The position numbers and the translations under genes were made by a program. This document shows positions 1 to 9,489 of a stretch of 64,000 nt of DNA, in pieces. Source of the stretch: an uncultured Gemmatimonadales bacterium (GTDB taxonomy: Bacteria; Gemmatimonadota; Gemmatimonadetes; Gemmatimonadales; GWC2-71-9); NCBI GenBank assembly GCA_963771275.1, contig CAVYSW010000010.1, positions 448,001 to 512,000 of the forward strand, written 5' to 3'. The number at the start of each line of letters is the position of its first letter. Position 1 is the first letter of the stretch. Under the pieces are notes generated by a model. It was not told the origin of the DNA. It did no database searches and worked only from the letters and a program-made list of their open reading frames with translations.

Positions 1-249
1 GTGAAAGACGACTTCCGCCCGCGCGAGCGCCTGGCGGGTGGCGTCCACGTCGGCGAGGTCGATGCGCTGCACCCGGAGACTGCGGCGAGTCTCGGGCGTC
101 ACGTAGCGCAGGTTGCCGTCGTCACCCCGGGAGTTGTAGCGGACGATGGCGGTCACATCCGCCCCCGCGCCGACCAGGGCCTCGGCGAGATGGCTGCCGA
201 TGAAGCCACCCGCGCCGGTTACGGCCACCCGCTTTGCGGTCCACGTCAT
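1..249 (-). CDS. NAD-dependent epimerase/dehydratase (extended SDR, nucleotide-sugar 4,6-dehydratase-like), 5' part only, runs off the window
   Basis: Not in the ORF track. Manual translation from ATG at 249 gives MTWTAKRVAVTGAGGFIGSHLAEALVGAGADVTAIVRYNSRGDDGNL, with a GxxGxxG Rossmann motif. Confidence 0.9.
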   Translation of the reverse strand, partial: MTWTAKRVAVTGAGGFIGSHLAEALVGAGADVTAIVRYNSRGDDGNLRYVTPETRRSLRVQRIDLADVDATRQALARAEVVFH

Positions 250-350
250 TGCCGGGCACGTCCCACGATGGTGTCGCGTGGAAAAGGGGAGCGACCCTCC
301 TTCAAGCCGCCGCCGGATCGAGATCGCGGGCTCGGCGGCTTGCGAGGCGA

Positions 351-375
351 GAGGCTTGAGCCTCATGATTATAAC
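351..375. promoter_or_regulatory. Putative divergent promoter region: TATAAT on the - strand (368-373) and palindrome GAGGCT-TG-AGCCTC (351-364)
   Basis: AT-rich hexamer and 6-2-6 inverted repeat between the divergent genes starting at 249 (-) and 422 (+). Confidence 0.35.
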
Positions 376-421
376 GTCCACTCGTCGGCCTCGCACGCCG
401 TCGGCCAGAGAGGAGTCTCCC

Positions 422-2098
422 GTGCATTCTCCAGCTCGTTTGTCCGACGTGGCTGTGCTCACTCTGCTCGCGGCTTGCGCAGGGCCTGGGCGGAACCGGG
501 GCGCGGTACGCGTCGAGGTCGCGCCGGCGATCCTGAACCTGGTGATCGGCTCGAGCCAGCAGCTCACAGTCACGGTGTACGACGGCGGGGGCTCGGCGAT
601 TCCAGGAGCTGCGGTGCTGTTCACATCCAGTGACACTCTGGTGGCCACGGTGAGTCCGAGCGGACTGGTCAGGGCCGTTGCCACCGGGGCCGCGGCGCTG
701 TCCATGATCAGTGGCCCGGCGATGGCAGCAGTGCCGATTGCGGTGACGGCTGTGCCGGACCAGATCCACGTCACGCCGGCCGTGCTGAACCTGGTGCTTG
801 GCGCCGCTCGACGCCTCGGGGTCGTGGTGCTCGACGCCGATGGGCAAGCCATTCCGGGAGCGCCCCTCACCATCAGCTCGGGCGACACGACCGTCGCACA
901 GACCGATGGGACGGGGCTCGTGCGTGGCGTCGGGATCGGGACCGGGTCGATCACCGTGCGCAGCAACCCGGCGTCCAGTACCATCGTCGTTACCGTCGTG
1001 CGCCCGGCGTCGCTCGAGGTCGCGCCCGATACGGCCTTGCTCCAGGGAAGCCAGACGCTCCGCCTGACGGCCCAGGCGCTGGGCGTCGACGGGAGCGTGC
1101 TCCCTGACGCACCCGTTGCATACGAATCCCGCGACCCTTCGATCGTTCGGGTGGGGCCGGACGGGGTCGTGTCGGCCAGCGGCGTCGGGACGGCGTACGT
1201 GCTGGCGACGAGTGGCTCGGTGTGCGACAGCGCCCGCGTCACCGCCGTAACCGCTCGGTTGCCGATCGGCGGCAGGCCGTTCGGTGCCGCCATATCAAGC
1301 GCCGGAGTCGCGTACGTTACCCAGAGCGACAGCGCCAGCGTGGCACGCTTGGACCTCCCCACGCGCGCCGTGGTCGGCGGCCTCGTCGCAGGCTTGCGAC
1401 CCAGCTCGGTCGCGGTCAGTCAGGCCGGCGACCGCATCTACGTCGGTAACCAGGACGACGGGAGCGTCACCGTCATCGACGCGGCGACAAACGCCGTGCT
1501 CGCGTCGCTGGACTTCGCCGGCTCGGTGACGGCCGTCGGCGTTGGGGCGGATACGCTGCTCTTCGTCGCGGCGGGAGGCTGGATCCACCTGATCCGTGTT
1601 CCGGCCCTGCTCCGCGCGGACTCGATCGCGGTGCCGTTCGTCGCCAACGCGCTGGCCATCGCGGGCACCCGCCTGTACGCGAACGCCACGCACAACGGTA
1701 CCGTGGCCGAGATCGACATCGCCACTCGGCAGGTGGTCCGAACCTTGGCGGTGGGTGGCGTGCCGCAGGAAATCGTCGTCGCGCCGGATCGGAACGAACT
1801 CTACATCGCCAACGAGACGGGAGAGCTCCAGATCTGGGATCTCGGGCACAACACGTTGGTTGGTACGGTGCCGCTTCGGGGGGGAGGTGGCTTCGGCCTC
1901 GCACAGAACCCGGCAAACGGCCTGCTGTACGTGAGCACGGGCTACTACGGGAATCGGGTGCACGTGGTGGACCCGCTAGCGCGCACCGTGGTGCGAGTTG
2001 TCTACACCGGCGGGGTGCCGAGGCGGATCCGGTTCGCGGCGTCCGGGAATGTGGGAATCGTGACGAACGAAGCAGGGTGGGTCGACGTCATCCGGTGA
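422..2098 (+). CDS. Lipoprotein with three Ig-like (Big_2-type) repeats and a C-terminal YVTN/YncE-type beta-propeller
   Basis: AGGAG upstream of GTG 422; signal peptide ending LLAAC; repeats of SS(D/G)DTxVATVxxxGLV; propeller blades YVxNQxxxSVTVID. The ORF track starts it too early (146). Confidence 0.8.
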   Translation: MHSPARLSDVAVLTLLAACAGPGRNRGAVRVEVAPAILNLVIGSSQQLTVTVYDGGGSAIPGAAVLFTSSDTLVATVSPSGLVRAVATGAAALSMISGPAMAAVPIAVTAVPDQIHVTPAVLNLVLGAARRLGVVVLDADGQAIPGAPLTISSGDTTVAQTDGTGLVRGVGIGTGSITVRSNPASSTIVVTVVRPASLEVAPDTALLQGSQTLRLTAQALGVDGSVLPDAPVAYESRDPSIVRVGPDGVVSASGVGTAYVLATSGSVCDSARVTAVTARLPIGGRPFGAAISSAGVAYVTQSDSASVARLDLPTRAVVGGLVAGLRPSSVAVSQAGDRIYVGNQDDGSVTVIDAATNAVLASLDFAGSVTAVGVGADTLLFVAAGGWIHLIRVPALLRADSIAVPFVANALAIAGTRLYANATHNGTVAEIDIATRQVVRTLAVGGVPQEIVVAPDRNELYIANETGELQIWDLGHNTLVGTVPLRGGGGFGLAQNPANGLLYVSTGYYGNRVHVVDPLARTVVRVVYTGGVPRRIRFAASGNVGIVTNEAGWVDVIR

Positions 2099-2120
2099 CT
2101 CCCAGCCGGGGGGACCGCTC

Positions 2121-3254
2121 GTGCGCCTGGTAATCGTCGCGCACGCCTTCCCGCGCTGGCCGGGTGACGTCGCGGGTTCGTTCCTCGGTCGGTTGGCGGA
2201 GGCACTCGTCCGGCGTGGGCATACCGTGTCGGTCGTCGCCCCCGCCGACCGGGGCCGGGCCGAACGGCAGACCGTGGACGGTGTCGAGCTCGTCCAGGTG
2301 CGGTATGCGGCCCCCGAGCGCGAGGATCTCGCCTACACCGGTGACATGGCGCGCAAGGCCCGGTCCCCATCCGGCGCGTGGGCGTTTCGGGGGCTGGTCC
2401 GTGCGCTCGCCGCCGGCGTGCGGGAAGAGGCTCGCCGCATCGCCGCCGATCTCGTCCATGCCTTTTGGTGGGTTCCCGGTGGGTGGGCAGCCACCCGCGT
2501 CGCGGCGGTTCCCGCGGTGGTGAGCCTGATGGGCACCGACGTCGCGATGATGCGGCCGCTGCCCGCGCGCCTCCTCGCCCGCCGCGTGCTGGGGCGCGCG
2601 GCCCGAGTCACGGCCCTGTCTACCTTCCTCGCCGATCAGGCGCGGCAGCTCCTGCGGCTCGACCGGCTCGAGATCACCCGGGTACCCGTTCCGGTGGATG
2701 TCCGCCGGTTTGCGGGTCGCCGGACTGGCGGTGGTGGAGTGGTGTACCTGGGCCGGCTCAGCCACCAGAAGCGCGTGGATCTTCTGCTCGACGCCGTGGC
2801 CCGGGCGGGCATCCGGGCGCCCGTCGTCATCATCGGTGACGGTCCCGCGCGCTCGGAGCTCGCGCGCCAGGCGCAAACGCTAGGGCTCGGCAACGTCGAG
2901 TTTCGGGGCGCGCTGCCCAACGAGGAGGTCCCGCCCCTCGTGGCGGGCGCGGACGTCGCGGCATTCCTCTCGCGGGCTGAAGGCCTGGGCCTCGCCGCCG
3001 CGGAAGCGTTGATGCTCGGCGTTCCGGTCGTCGCGACCAGCGACGGCGGCGGAGTGCTGGATCTCGTGCGGGACGGGGCAGGGGCCTGCGTCGTCGCACC
3101 GACCGCCGAGGCCGTCGGCGCCGCGCTGCTGCGATGCCTTGGGGATTCCTCGCTGCGCGTCGCCGCGATCGGCGCAGGCGATCGACTCCGCGCCGACCTC
3201 GCGCCCGACGCGGTTGCGGGCCAGTTTGAGCGGGTCTACGGTGACCTCGCGTAA
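2121..3254 (+). CDS. Glycosyltransferase family 4 (GT-B fold)
   Basis: YLGRLSHQKRVD and EGLGLAAAEALMLGVPVVAT (EX7E motif). Confidence 0.9.
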   Translation: MRLVIVAHAFPRWPGDVAGSFLGRLAEALVRRGHTVSVVAPADRGRAERQTVDGVELVQVRYAAPEREDLAYTGDMARKARSPSGAWAFRGLVRALAAGVREEARRIAADLVHAFWWVPGGWAATRVAAVPAVVSLMGTDVAMMRPLPARLLARRVLGRAARVTALSTFLADQARQLLRLDRLEITRVPVPVDVRRFAGRRTGGGGVVYLGRLSHQKRVDLLLDAVARAGIRAPVVIIGDGPARSELARQAQTLGLGNVEFRGALPNEEVPPLVAGADVAAFLSRAEGLGLAAAEALMLGVPVVATSDGGGVLDLVRDGAGACVVAPTAEAVGAALLRCLGDSSLRVAAIGAGDRLRADLAPDAVAGQFERVYGDLA

Positions 3255-4743
3255 GTCGCCCAGGTCGCGGGACGCGAGCTGCACTTCGGGCACCATCGCC
3301 ATACGTCGGGCGCTGACGCTTGCGCTGGGCATTGGTGTTGCGGCCGGATGCGAAGCGACGAGTCCCCCGGTGCCGACCTGGCTCACAGTCTCGCCGCCGT
3401 CGGCGATGCTGGTGCGGGGCGATAGCATGCGCCTCGAGGTCGGGGTTCTGGCGGCGGACAGCGTCCCGATCTCCGGCGTCACGGTGGCCTATTCCTCCAG
3501 TGACACGGCGATCGCGACAGTGTCCGCGACCGGCGTCGTGCGGGCCGTGAACCTCGGAAGCGCGACGGTCACGGTCCACGGTGGCGGGCTGACCGACGGG
3601 GTGCCGATCGCCGTGATCGCGCAGCCCGCCGGCCTGAACCTCACCCCCCAGGACACCACGCTCCGGCAGGGGCATAGCGTCCAGCTGGTGGCAACCGTGC
3701 TCGACAGCGCCGGCGCCCTGATCCCTGGCGTGACGCTGATTTTTCGCTCCGACGCCCCGGAGGTCGTGAGTGTGAGTCCCGGCGGGATGGCGCGGGCCTT
3801 GGCCGCGTCCGGCTCGGCGTTGGTGACGGTCAGCGCCGGGTTGCTCGGCGCGACGGCGATCGTCCGCGCGGTGGACTCCGCGATCGTGGCGCGCATCAAG
3901 CTGCCGGGCCCCGGCTACGGCGCCACCGCGCTGGGCACCGGAACGGCGTTCGTGACGCTCTCGTCCGGCCGCGCCGTGGCGCGGCTGGATCTCGGCACGT
4001 TGGGCTTCTCCGGCCTCATTGAGGTCGGTGCTGCGCCGGCGAGCCTCGCCACGAACCCCGCACGGACCCGGCTCTATGTGAGCAATCAGACCGAGCGGAC
4101 CATCAGCGTCGTGGATATCCCCGCGGGCGTCGCCGTGGACACGCTCCGCGTGACGGGCGAACCGGTTCCCCTCCAGGTCGGCGCTGATGGGTACACCCTG
4201 TTCGTTGCCACGGATGCCCATCAGCTGTACCGCCTGGATGTCGCGTCCGGGGCCGCGGTCGACACGCTCGACCTGCCGTCCACGTCGCACTTCATCGCAT
4301 TCAACGCGGGCCACGACCGGCTCTACGTGGCCACGCGGGTTGCGGGAACGGTGATCGAGGTCGACCCGGCGGACCTGACGCTCCTGCGCACGTTCGAGGT
4401 GGGGGGCTTCACGCAGGGACTGGTCGTCACGGCGGACGGCACCGAGCTCTGGGTGGGGAACGGTGGCAGTGTGGACGTGTGGAGTCTCGCCACCGGAGCC
4501 GCGCTCCGGACAATCACCGTGGGAACGCCATCCGGCGTCTTTGGATTGGCGGCGGACGCCGGCGACGCCCATCTCTACGCCACGATCCCGGCCGACGGGA
4601 AAGTCGTGGTCATCGATCGCGTCCAACGCATGATCATCCGGACCCTCCAGACCGGGGGACTGCCCAGACAGGTCGCCTTTGATGCCGCAACCGGCTACGT
4701 TGTCGTCGCGAACGAATCGGGATGGGTGGACGTCCTGCGATGA
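3241..4743 (+). CDS. Lipoprotein with two Ig-like repeats and a YVTN-type beta-propeller (paralogue of 422-2098)
   Basis: Hydrophobic stretch ending VAAGC; YSSSDTAIATVSATGVV repeat; LYVSNQTERTISVVD blades; C-terminus NESGWVDVLR. Start GTG 3241 is inferred. Confidence 0.8.
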   Translation: MTSRKSPRSRDASCTSGTIAIRRALTLALGIGVAAGCEATSPPVPTWLTVSPPSAMLVRGDSMRLEVGVLAADSVPISGVTVAYSSSDTAIATVSATGVVRAVNLGSATVTVHGGGLTDGVPIAVIAQPAGLNLTPQDTTLRQGHSVQLVATVLDSAGALIPGVTLIFRSDAPEVVSVSPGGMARALAASGSALVTVSAGLLGATAIVRAVDSAIVARIKLPGPGYGATALGTGTAFVTLSSGRAVARLDLGTLGFSGLIEVGAAPASLATNPARTRLYVSNQTERTISVVDIPAGVAVDTLRVTGEPVPLQVGADGYTLFVATDAHQLYRLDVASGAAVDTLDLPSTSHFIAFNAGHDRLYVATRVAGTVIEVDPADLTLLRTFEVGGFTQGLVVTADGTELWVGNGGSVDVWSLATGAALRTITVGTPSGVFGLAADAGDAHLYATIPADGKVVVIDRVQRMIIRTLQTGGLPRQVAFDAATGYVVVANESGWVDVLR

Positions 4744-5378
4744 GCGGTGCTCGAGACAACGTACCGGGCCGTGTGGCGCCGGGCTCTGATGAGCTGCGCG
4801 ACTTCTACCGCGCGCGCGTCGGTTGGCGGCATTCCGGCGAGGAGCGCATGCGGTTCCGCAAGGCCACGGCCCTGGCGCGGGTTACCCCGGGAGCGGCGGT
4901 GCTCGACGTCGGCGCCCGGGACGGTGGGCTGAAGGCCTATCTGCCGTCCGACGTGCGGTATCAAGGAGTGGAGATCGCGCCGGAATTCGCCGGCCCAGAC
5001 GTGCTCACGCACGACATCTCGCGGGGTCTCCCCTTTGGCGACGGGACGTTCGACTTCGCGTTCTGCATCGAAGTCCTCGAGCATGTGCCGAACCCGTTCG
5101 GCACCGTGAGCGAGATACACCGCGTGCTCCGCCCCGGGGGCGTGCTCGTGCTGTCCGTGCCGAACCCCTACCATGTGAAAGAGCTGATCTGGAACGTGCT
5201 GCGCATCCCGGACCGCCAGGGGCACCTGTACGGCTGGACCCGGCAGACCATGACGAAGCTGGGCGAGATGGGCGGCTTCAGGCTCACCGCGTTTGGCGGG
5301 ACCTACCTGCATCCACCCATCCCGATGTTCCCCTTGCTGGCCCGCTCGATCGTGTATCGCTTTCAGAAGGCAACGTAG
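4740..5378 (+). CDS. Class I SAM-dependent methyltransferase (Methyltransf_11-like)
   Basis: VLDVGARDG, LPFGDGTFD, EVLEHV and HRVLRPGG; ATGA overlap with the upstream stop. Confidence 0.88.
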   Translation: MSGARDNVPGRVAPGSDELRDFYRARVGWRHSGEERMRFRKATALARVTPGAAVLDVGARDGGLKAYLPSDVRYQGVEIAPEFAGPDVLTHDISRGLPFGDGTFDFAFCIEVLEHVPNPFGTVSEIHRVLRPGGVLVLSVPNPYHVKELIWNVLRIPDRQGHLYGWTRQTMTKLGEMGGFRLTAFGGTYLHPPIPMFPLLARSIVYRFQKAT

Positions 5379-5419
5379 GACCGCGTGCAGGGTTTCGACG
5401 CCGTGCGGACGTGGCACGT

Positions 5420-6373
5420 ATGAGAATGCGCTGGCGCGTGGTCGCGCAGGGCGCCGTCACCATCCTCGTCGTCGCGTTTGTCGCGCGGGCCGTTGCCCGT
5501 AACTGGGGCGACATCCGCGCGATGGACGTAAGCCTCCGTCCGCGCGCCGACTGGCTTGCGCTATCGGTGGCCGCGACCATGGTCACCTACGCGCTCCAGG
5601 TCGAATCCTGGCGCCGCGTGCTCGCCGGCTGGCGTCAGACCATTGCATTCGCGCCGGCGGCCCGCGCGTGGTGCCTCGCCAACCTCGGCCGGTACGTCCC
5701 GGGCAAGGTCTGGAGCGTCGCCGGCCTCGTCGTCATGGCCCGCCAGCGCGGCGTCGAGGGCTGGGCGGCCGCCGCGTCCGCGGTGGTGATCCAGGCGCTC
5801 GGCCTCGGGACCTGCCTCGCGGCCGTCACCATGACGCTGCCGGGCCGCCTGCCGGGGCTCCTGCTGGGGGGCGGCGCTGTGATCGCGCTCGCGCTGGCCG
5901 TCGGTGCCGTGATCGCGGGGGTAACGCTGTTCGCTCTGCATTCGTCCTGGGCAGTCGGACGGATCGGGCGCATCGTGGGAGAGCAGGGGCGCGTGCTGCG
6001 CCCACTCCCTGTCCGCGCGACGGTCGTGGGAGGGCTGCTCACCTTGGCGAGTTGGCTGACGTACGGAGTGGCCTTCTGGGCCCTCGCGAGGGGGCTGGGC
6101 CTTGGGGCCGCCCTCACCCCATCGACGGCAATCGGCGTCTTTGCACTTGGTTACATTGCAGGCTTGCTGGCGCTGTTCGCGCCGGGTGGCGTCGGTGTTC
6201 GCGAGGCCGCGTTTGGTCTGCTGCTTGCGCCGGTCATGGGGCCGGGCCCGGCGGTGGGACTGAGCGTCGCGTCCCGGCTGCTCCTCACCGTCATGGAGGT
6301 CGCCGCCGCCGGCATCACCGTCTTGGTCGCACGCGCGCGATCGGGACCACCCAAGGAGTCGTCCAACGTCTGA
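5420..6373 (+). CDS. Lysylphosphatidylglycerol synthase TM-domain (UPF0104, flippase-like) membrane protein
   Basis: Multiple TM helices; LGRYVPGKVW and APGGVGVRE...SRLL motifs. Confidence 0.8.
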   Translation: MRMRWRVVAQGAVTILVVAFVARAVARNWGDIRAMDVSLRPRADWLALSVAATMVTYALQVESWRRVLAGWRQTIAFAPAARAWCLANLGRYVPGKVWSVAGLVVMARQRGVEGWAAAASAVVIQALGLGTCLAAVTMTLPGRLPGLLLGGGAVIALALAVGAVIAGVTLFALHSSWAVGRIGRIVGEQGRVLRPLPVRATVVGGLLTLASWLTYGVAFWALARGLGLGAALTPSTAIGVFALGYIAGLLALFAPGGVGVREAAFGLLLAPVMGPGPAVGLSVASRLLLTVMEVAAAGITVLVARARSGPPKESSNV

Positions 6374-6374
6374 C

Positions 6375-8774
6375 ATGTCGCCGTCCTACGAGCCGTCCCG
6401 GCCGCTGCTCGGAGCCGCCGGACTGCTGTCGCTCTGGGTTGTGGTACTGGGGTGGCCCATGGCGCTCGGCAGGTGGCTCGTCGGACCGATGAGCGACCAA
6501 TACGTCGCGGGGTATGCGTTTCGCGAGTGGCTGGCGGAGCAGATCAAGACCACCGGTCACGTGCCGCTGTGGAATCCGGAGCTGTTTGGTGGCTTGCCGT
6601 TCGTGGCGGCCCAGCACGGCGACGTCTTCTACTGGACTTCCTGGTTCCGGCTGCTGCTCCCCACGGAAGTGGTGATGAACCTCGGCTTCGTGGTGCATTA
6701 CATCGCGGCCGGACTGCTGACCTACGGGCTCCTCCGGGCGCTGCGTGTGTCCTGGATCGGCGCGGTGGTCGGCGGCCTCGCCTACCAGCTTTCGGGATTG
6801 GTCGCGTCCTATCCGTCCCCGGGACACGACGGCAAGCTCTTCGTGACGGCGCTGCTGCCGGCCGCATTGCTCGCGCTCGTGCTCGCCCTCCGGTTCCGCA
6901 GGCTGGAGGGGCACGGTGTCCTGGCCGCCGTCGTGGGCCTCGCGCTGCTCAGTCCGCACTATCAGATGACGTATTACATGCTCATCGCCACCGGCCTGTT
7001 CGCCCTTTACCTGACGTTCGGGGATCCGGCGCCGGACGTCCCCGTTCGGAGCCGGTGGACCGGACTCGGGCTGGCCCTCGCGGCCGTGGGCTTGGGCTTC
7101 GGCATCGCGATGATCCAGGTCCTGCCATTCTACCAGTATCTGCCGTTCTCGCCGCGTGCCGAGGGGTACTACGGGTTCGAGGGCTCCACGTCGTACGCCG
7201 TGCCCTGGGTGCACGTCCCCGAGTTCTTTCTCGCGGGCTTCACGGGGACTTCGTTCCAGGGCACCTACTGGGGGAGCAATCCCGGCAAGCTGCACTCCGA
7301 GTACCTGGGGCTGCCGGTGGTCTTCCTCGCCGTCCTCGGAGCGATGTCCCGGGGGCGCCGCCGCCTCGTCCTGTGGCTGGGAGGGATCGGTCTGCTGTTT
7401 CTCCTGATCAGCCTCGGGGCCGCGACGCCATTCTACCGCGTCTGGTGGGCCGTGATGCCGTTCGTCAAGCAGACGCGCGCGCCGGGCATGGCGTTCTTTG
7501 TGGTCGCGCTGGTAACCGCCATGTTCGCCGCGTTCGGCGCTGAGCGGCTCGAGGCGGGTTTGGGCGCGCGGTTCGAGCGGATCTGCTGGGCTGTCGGCGG
7601 TGGCGTCGTTTTGCTGGCGCTCGCCGGAGCGGTGGGAGCGCTGGCCGAGCTGCTCGCGCAGGGAATCCAGCTCGCACAGGGCCGCCCGGTGGTGCAGGCC
7701 GCGGTTGCGGCGCAGGGCGCGATACGGCTGGGCGCGTTGCTCAGCGGCCTGGCGCTCTTGCTCCTCGGGATCGTGGCCTGGGTCTGGCGCACGCGACGCA
7801 TGCCGGCGGTCGGCCTGGTGGTCGCGCTTACCCTGGTGGCCGGCGCGGATCTCTGGAGCAACGCACGCCACTTCTGGAACTACATGGACGGGCCGCGCCA
7901 GGGCCTGTACGGCCGGGACGCCATCACCGACCATTTGAAAGCCACGCCGCTGCCGTACCGGGTCATCGACCTGACGGACACGGGCGCAGACGTGTACCCG
8001 GGATCCACGCTCATGGCGTTCGACATCCCCCAGATCCTGGGACACCACGGCAACCAGCTCGACGCGTTCAACAAGCTGCTCGGCGGGAAGAACCAGTGGA
8101 CCTACCTGCTCACCTCCCGCCGCCTCTGGGACCTGTTCGCGATCCAGTTCGTGCTCCTGCCAAGCGGGCCGGACCTAACCGGTCGGCTGCCGGCGTACGT
8201 CGACCTGCCGGCTGACTTCGATACCGTGATGGCGGACGTCGAAACCTCCGCAGGGGGGCGCGCAAGCCTGCTCGTACGGCGGACGTGGGTCCCGTACGCC
8301 CGGCTCGTGCCCGCAGCCGTGAAGGTGCCGGACGAGAACGCGATTCCCACCGTCGCCGATGCGCGCTCGCGCCTCGCGTTCGACCGCCTCGTGCTGCTGG
8401 CGCCGGAGGCCCCGGTGGAGCCGGCCCGCGTCGATTCCATGCCGGCACCGCTGGCCAACCGCGTCGTCGTGGAGGACTGGGGCCCGGGCCATATGAGCCT
8501 GCGCATCGAGCCCCGCACGACGGCCGACGCATTCGTGCTGGTAGCGGAGAACTATTATCCCGATTGGTGGGCGGAAGTGGACGGGAAGGTCGCTCCGGTC
8601 CTCAGAGGTGATGTCTCCCTCATCACCGTCCCCGTACCGGCCGGCGCCGAACGCGTACAGTTGGGCTACCGCTCGACCCGGTACGAGCAGGGCCGGACGA
8701 TCACGCTCGCGAGCCTGTCGCTCGTCGCGATCGTGCTCGTCGTCCCGCCTGTGCTGCGGAGGCGGCGTGGCTGA
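6375..8774 (+). CDS. YfhO-family polytopic membrane protein (GT-C-type glycosyltransferase)
   Basis: GHVPLWNPELFGGLPF, many TM helices, C-terminal VLVAENYYPDWWAEVDG...VPVPAG. Confidence 0.8.
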   Translation: MSPSYEPSRPLLGAAGLLSLWVVVLGWPMALGRWLVGPMSDQYVAGYAFREWLAEQIKTTGHVPLWNPELFGGLPFVAAQHGDVFYWTSWFRLLLPTEVVMNLGFVVHYIAAGLLTYGLLRALRVSWIGAVVGGLAYQLSGLVASYPSPGHDGKLFVTALLPAALLALVLALRFRRLEGHGVLAAVVGLALLSPHYQMTYYMLIATGLFALYLTFGDPAPDVPVRSRWTGLGLALAAVGLGFGIAMIQVLPFYQYLPFSPRAEGYYGFEGSTSYAVPWVHVPEFFLAGFTGTSFQGTYWGSNPGKLHSEYLGLPVVFLAVLGAMSRGRRRLVLWLGGIGLLFLLISLGAATPFYRVWWAVMPFVKQTRAPGMAFFVVALVTAMFAAFGAERLEAGLGARFERICWAVGGGVVLLALAGAVGALAELLAQGIQLAQGRPVVQAAVAAQGAIRLGALLSGLALLLLGIVAWVWRTRRMPAVGLVVALTLVAGADLWSNARHFWNYMDGPRQGLYGRDAITDHLKATPLPYRVIDLTDTGADVYPGSTLMAFDIPQILGHHGNQLDAFNKLLGGKNQWTYLLTSRRLWDLFAIQFVLLPSGPDLTGRLPAYVDLPADFDTVMADVETSAGGRASLLVRRTWVPYARLVPAAVKVPDENAIPTVADARSRLAFDRLVLLAPEAPVEPARVDSMPAPLANRVVVEDWGPGHMSLRIEPRTTADAFVLVAENYYPDWWAEVDGKVAPVLRGDVSLITVPVPAGAERVQLGYRSTRYEQGRTITLASLSLVAIVLVVPPVLRRRRG

Positions 8775-9489
8775 GAGGGCGCTCGTCATCATCCCGACCT
8801 ACAACGAGATCAACAACATCCGGCGGATCGTGCCGCAGGTGTTGGAGCAGGATCCGCGGATCGAGGTGCTCGTCGTGGACGATGGGTCCCCCGACGGAAC
8901 CGGGGCCGCCGCCGACGAGCTGGCGCAGGCCGACGCGCGCGTGCACGCGCTGCATCGGGCGGGCAAGCTCGGCCTCGGGACGGCCTATCGAGCCGGCTTT
9001 CGGTGGGCCCTCGAGCACGACTACGAGTACGTATTCGAGATGGACTGCGACTTCTCGCATGATCCCAAGCACCTGCCGCAGTTTCTCGAGGCGGCTCAGA
9101 ACGCCGACCTGGTGCTCGGATCCAGGTACCTCCACGGGCGCGTGACCGTCGTCAACTGGCCGATGCCGCGCCTGCTGCTCAGCTACAGTGCCAACATCTA
9201 CGCGCGGGTCGTCACGGGCCTCCGGCTGTGCGATGCCACCGGCGGGTTCAAGTGCTTTCGCCGACGCGTGCTGGAGGCGATCGACCTCGAGGCCGTCGGG
9301 TCCAACGGCTATGCGTTTCAGATCGAGATGAGCTTCCGGGCCGCCCGGAAGAGATTCCGCATCGTGGAGATTCCTATCGTGTTCGTCGATCGGACGGACG
9401 GCGAGAGCAAGATGTCCCGCGCCATCGTGCGCGAAGCCATCTGGATGGTCTGGTGGCTGCGGCTCCAGGCCGTGCTGGGGCGGCTATGA
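8767..9489 (+). CDS. Polyprenol-monophosphomannose synthase-like GT2 (Dpm1/Ppm1 family)
   Basis: IIPTYNE, VVDDGSPDGTG, GLGTAY, EMDCDFSHDP, DATGGFKCFR and FVDRTDGESKM. Confidence 0.92.
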   Translation: MAERALVIIPTYNEINNIRRIVPQVLEQDPRIEVLVVDDGSPDGTGAAADELAQADARVHALHRAGKLGLGTAYRAGFRWALEHDYEYVFEMDCDFSHDPKHLPQFLEAAQNADLVLGSRYLHGRVTVVNWPMPRLLLSYSANIYARVVTGLRLCDATGGFKCFRRRVLEAIDLEAVGSNGYAFQIEMSFRAARKRFRIVEIPIVFVDRTDGESKMSRAIVREAIWMVWWLRLQAVLGRL

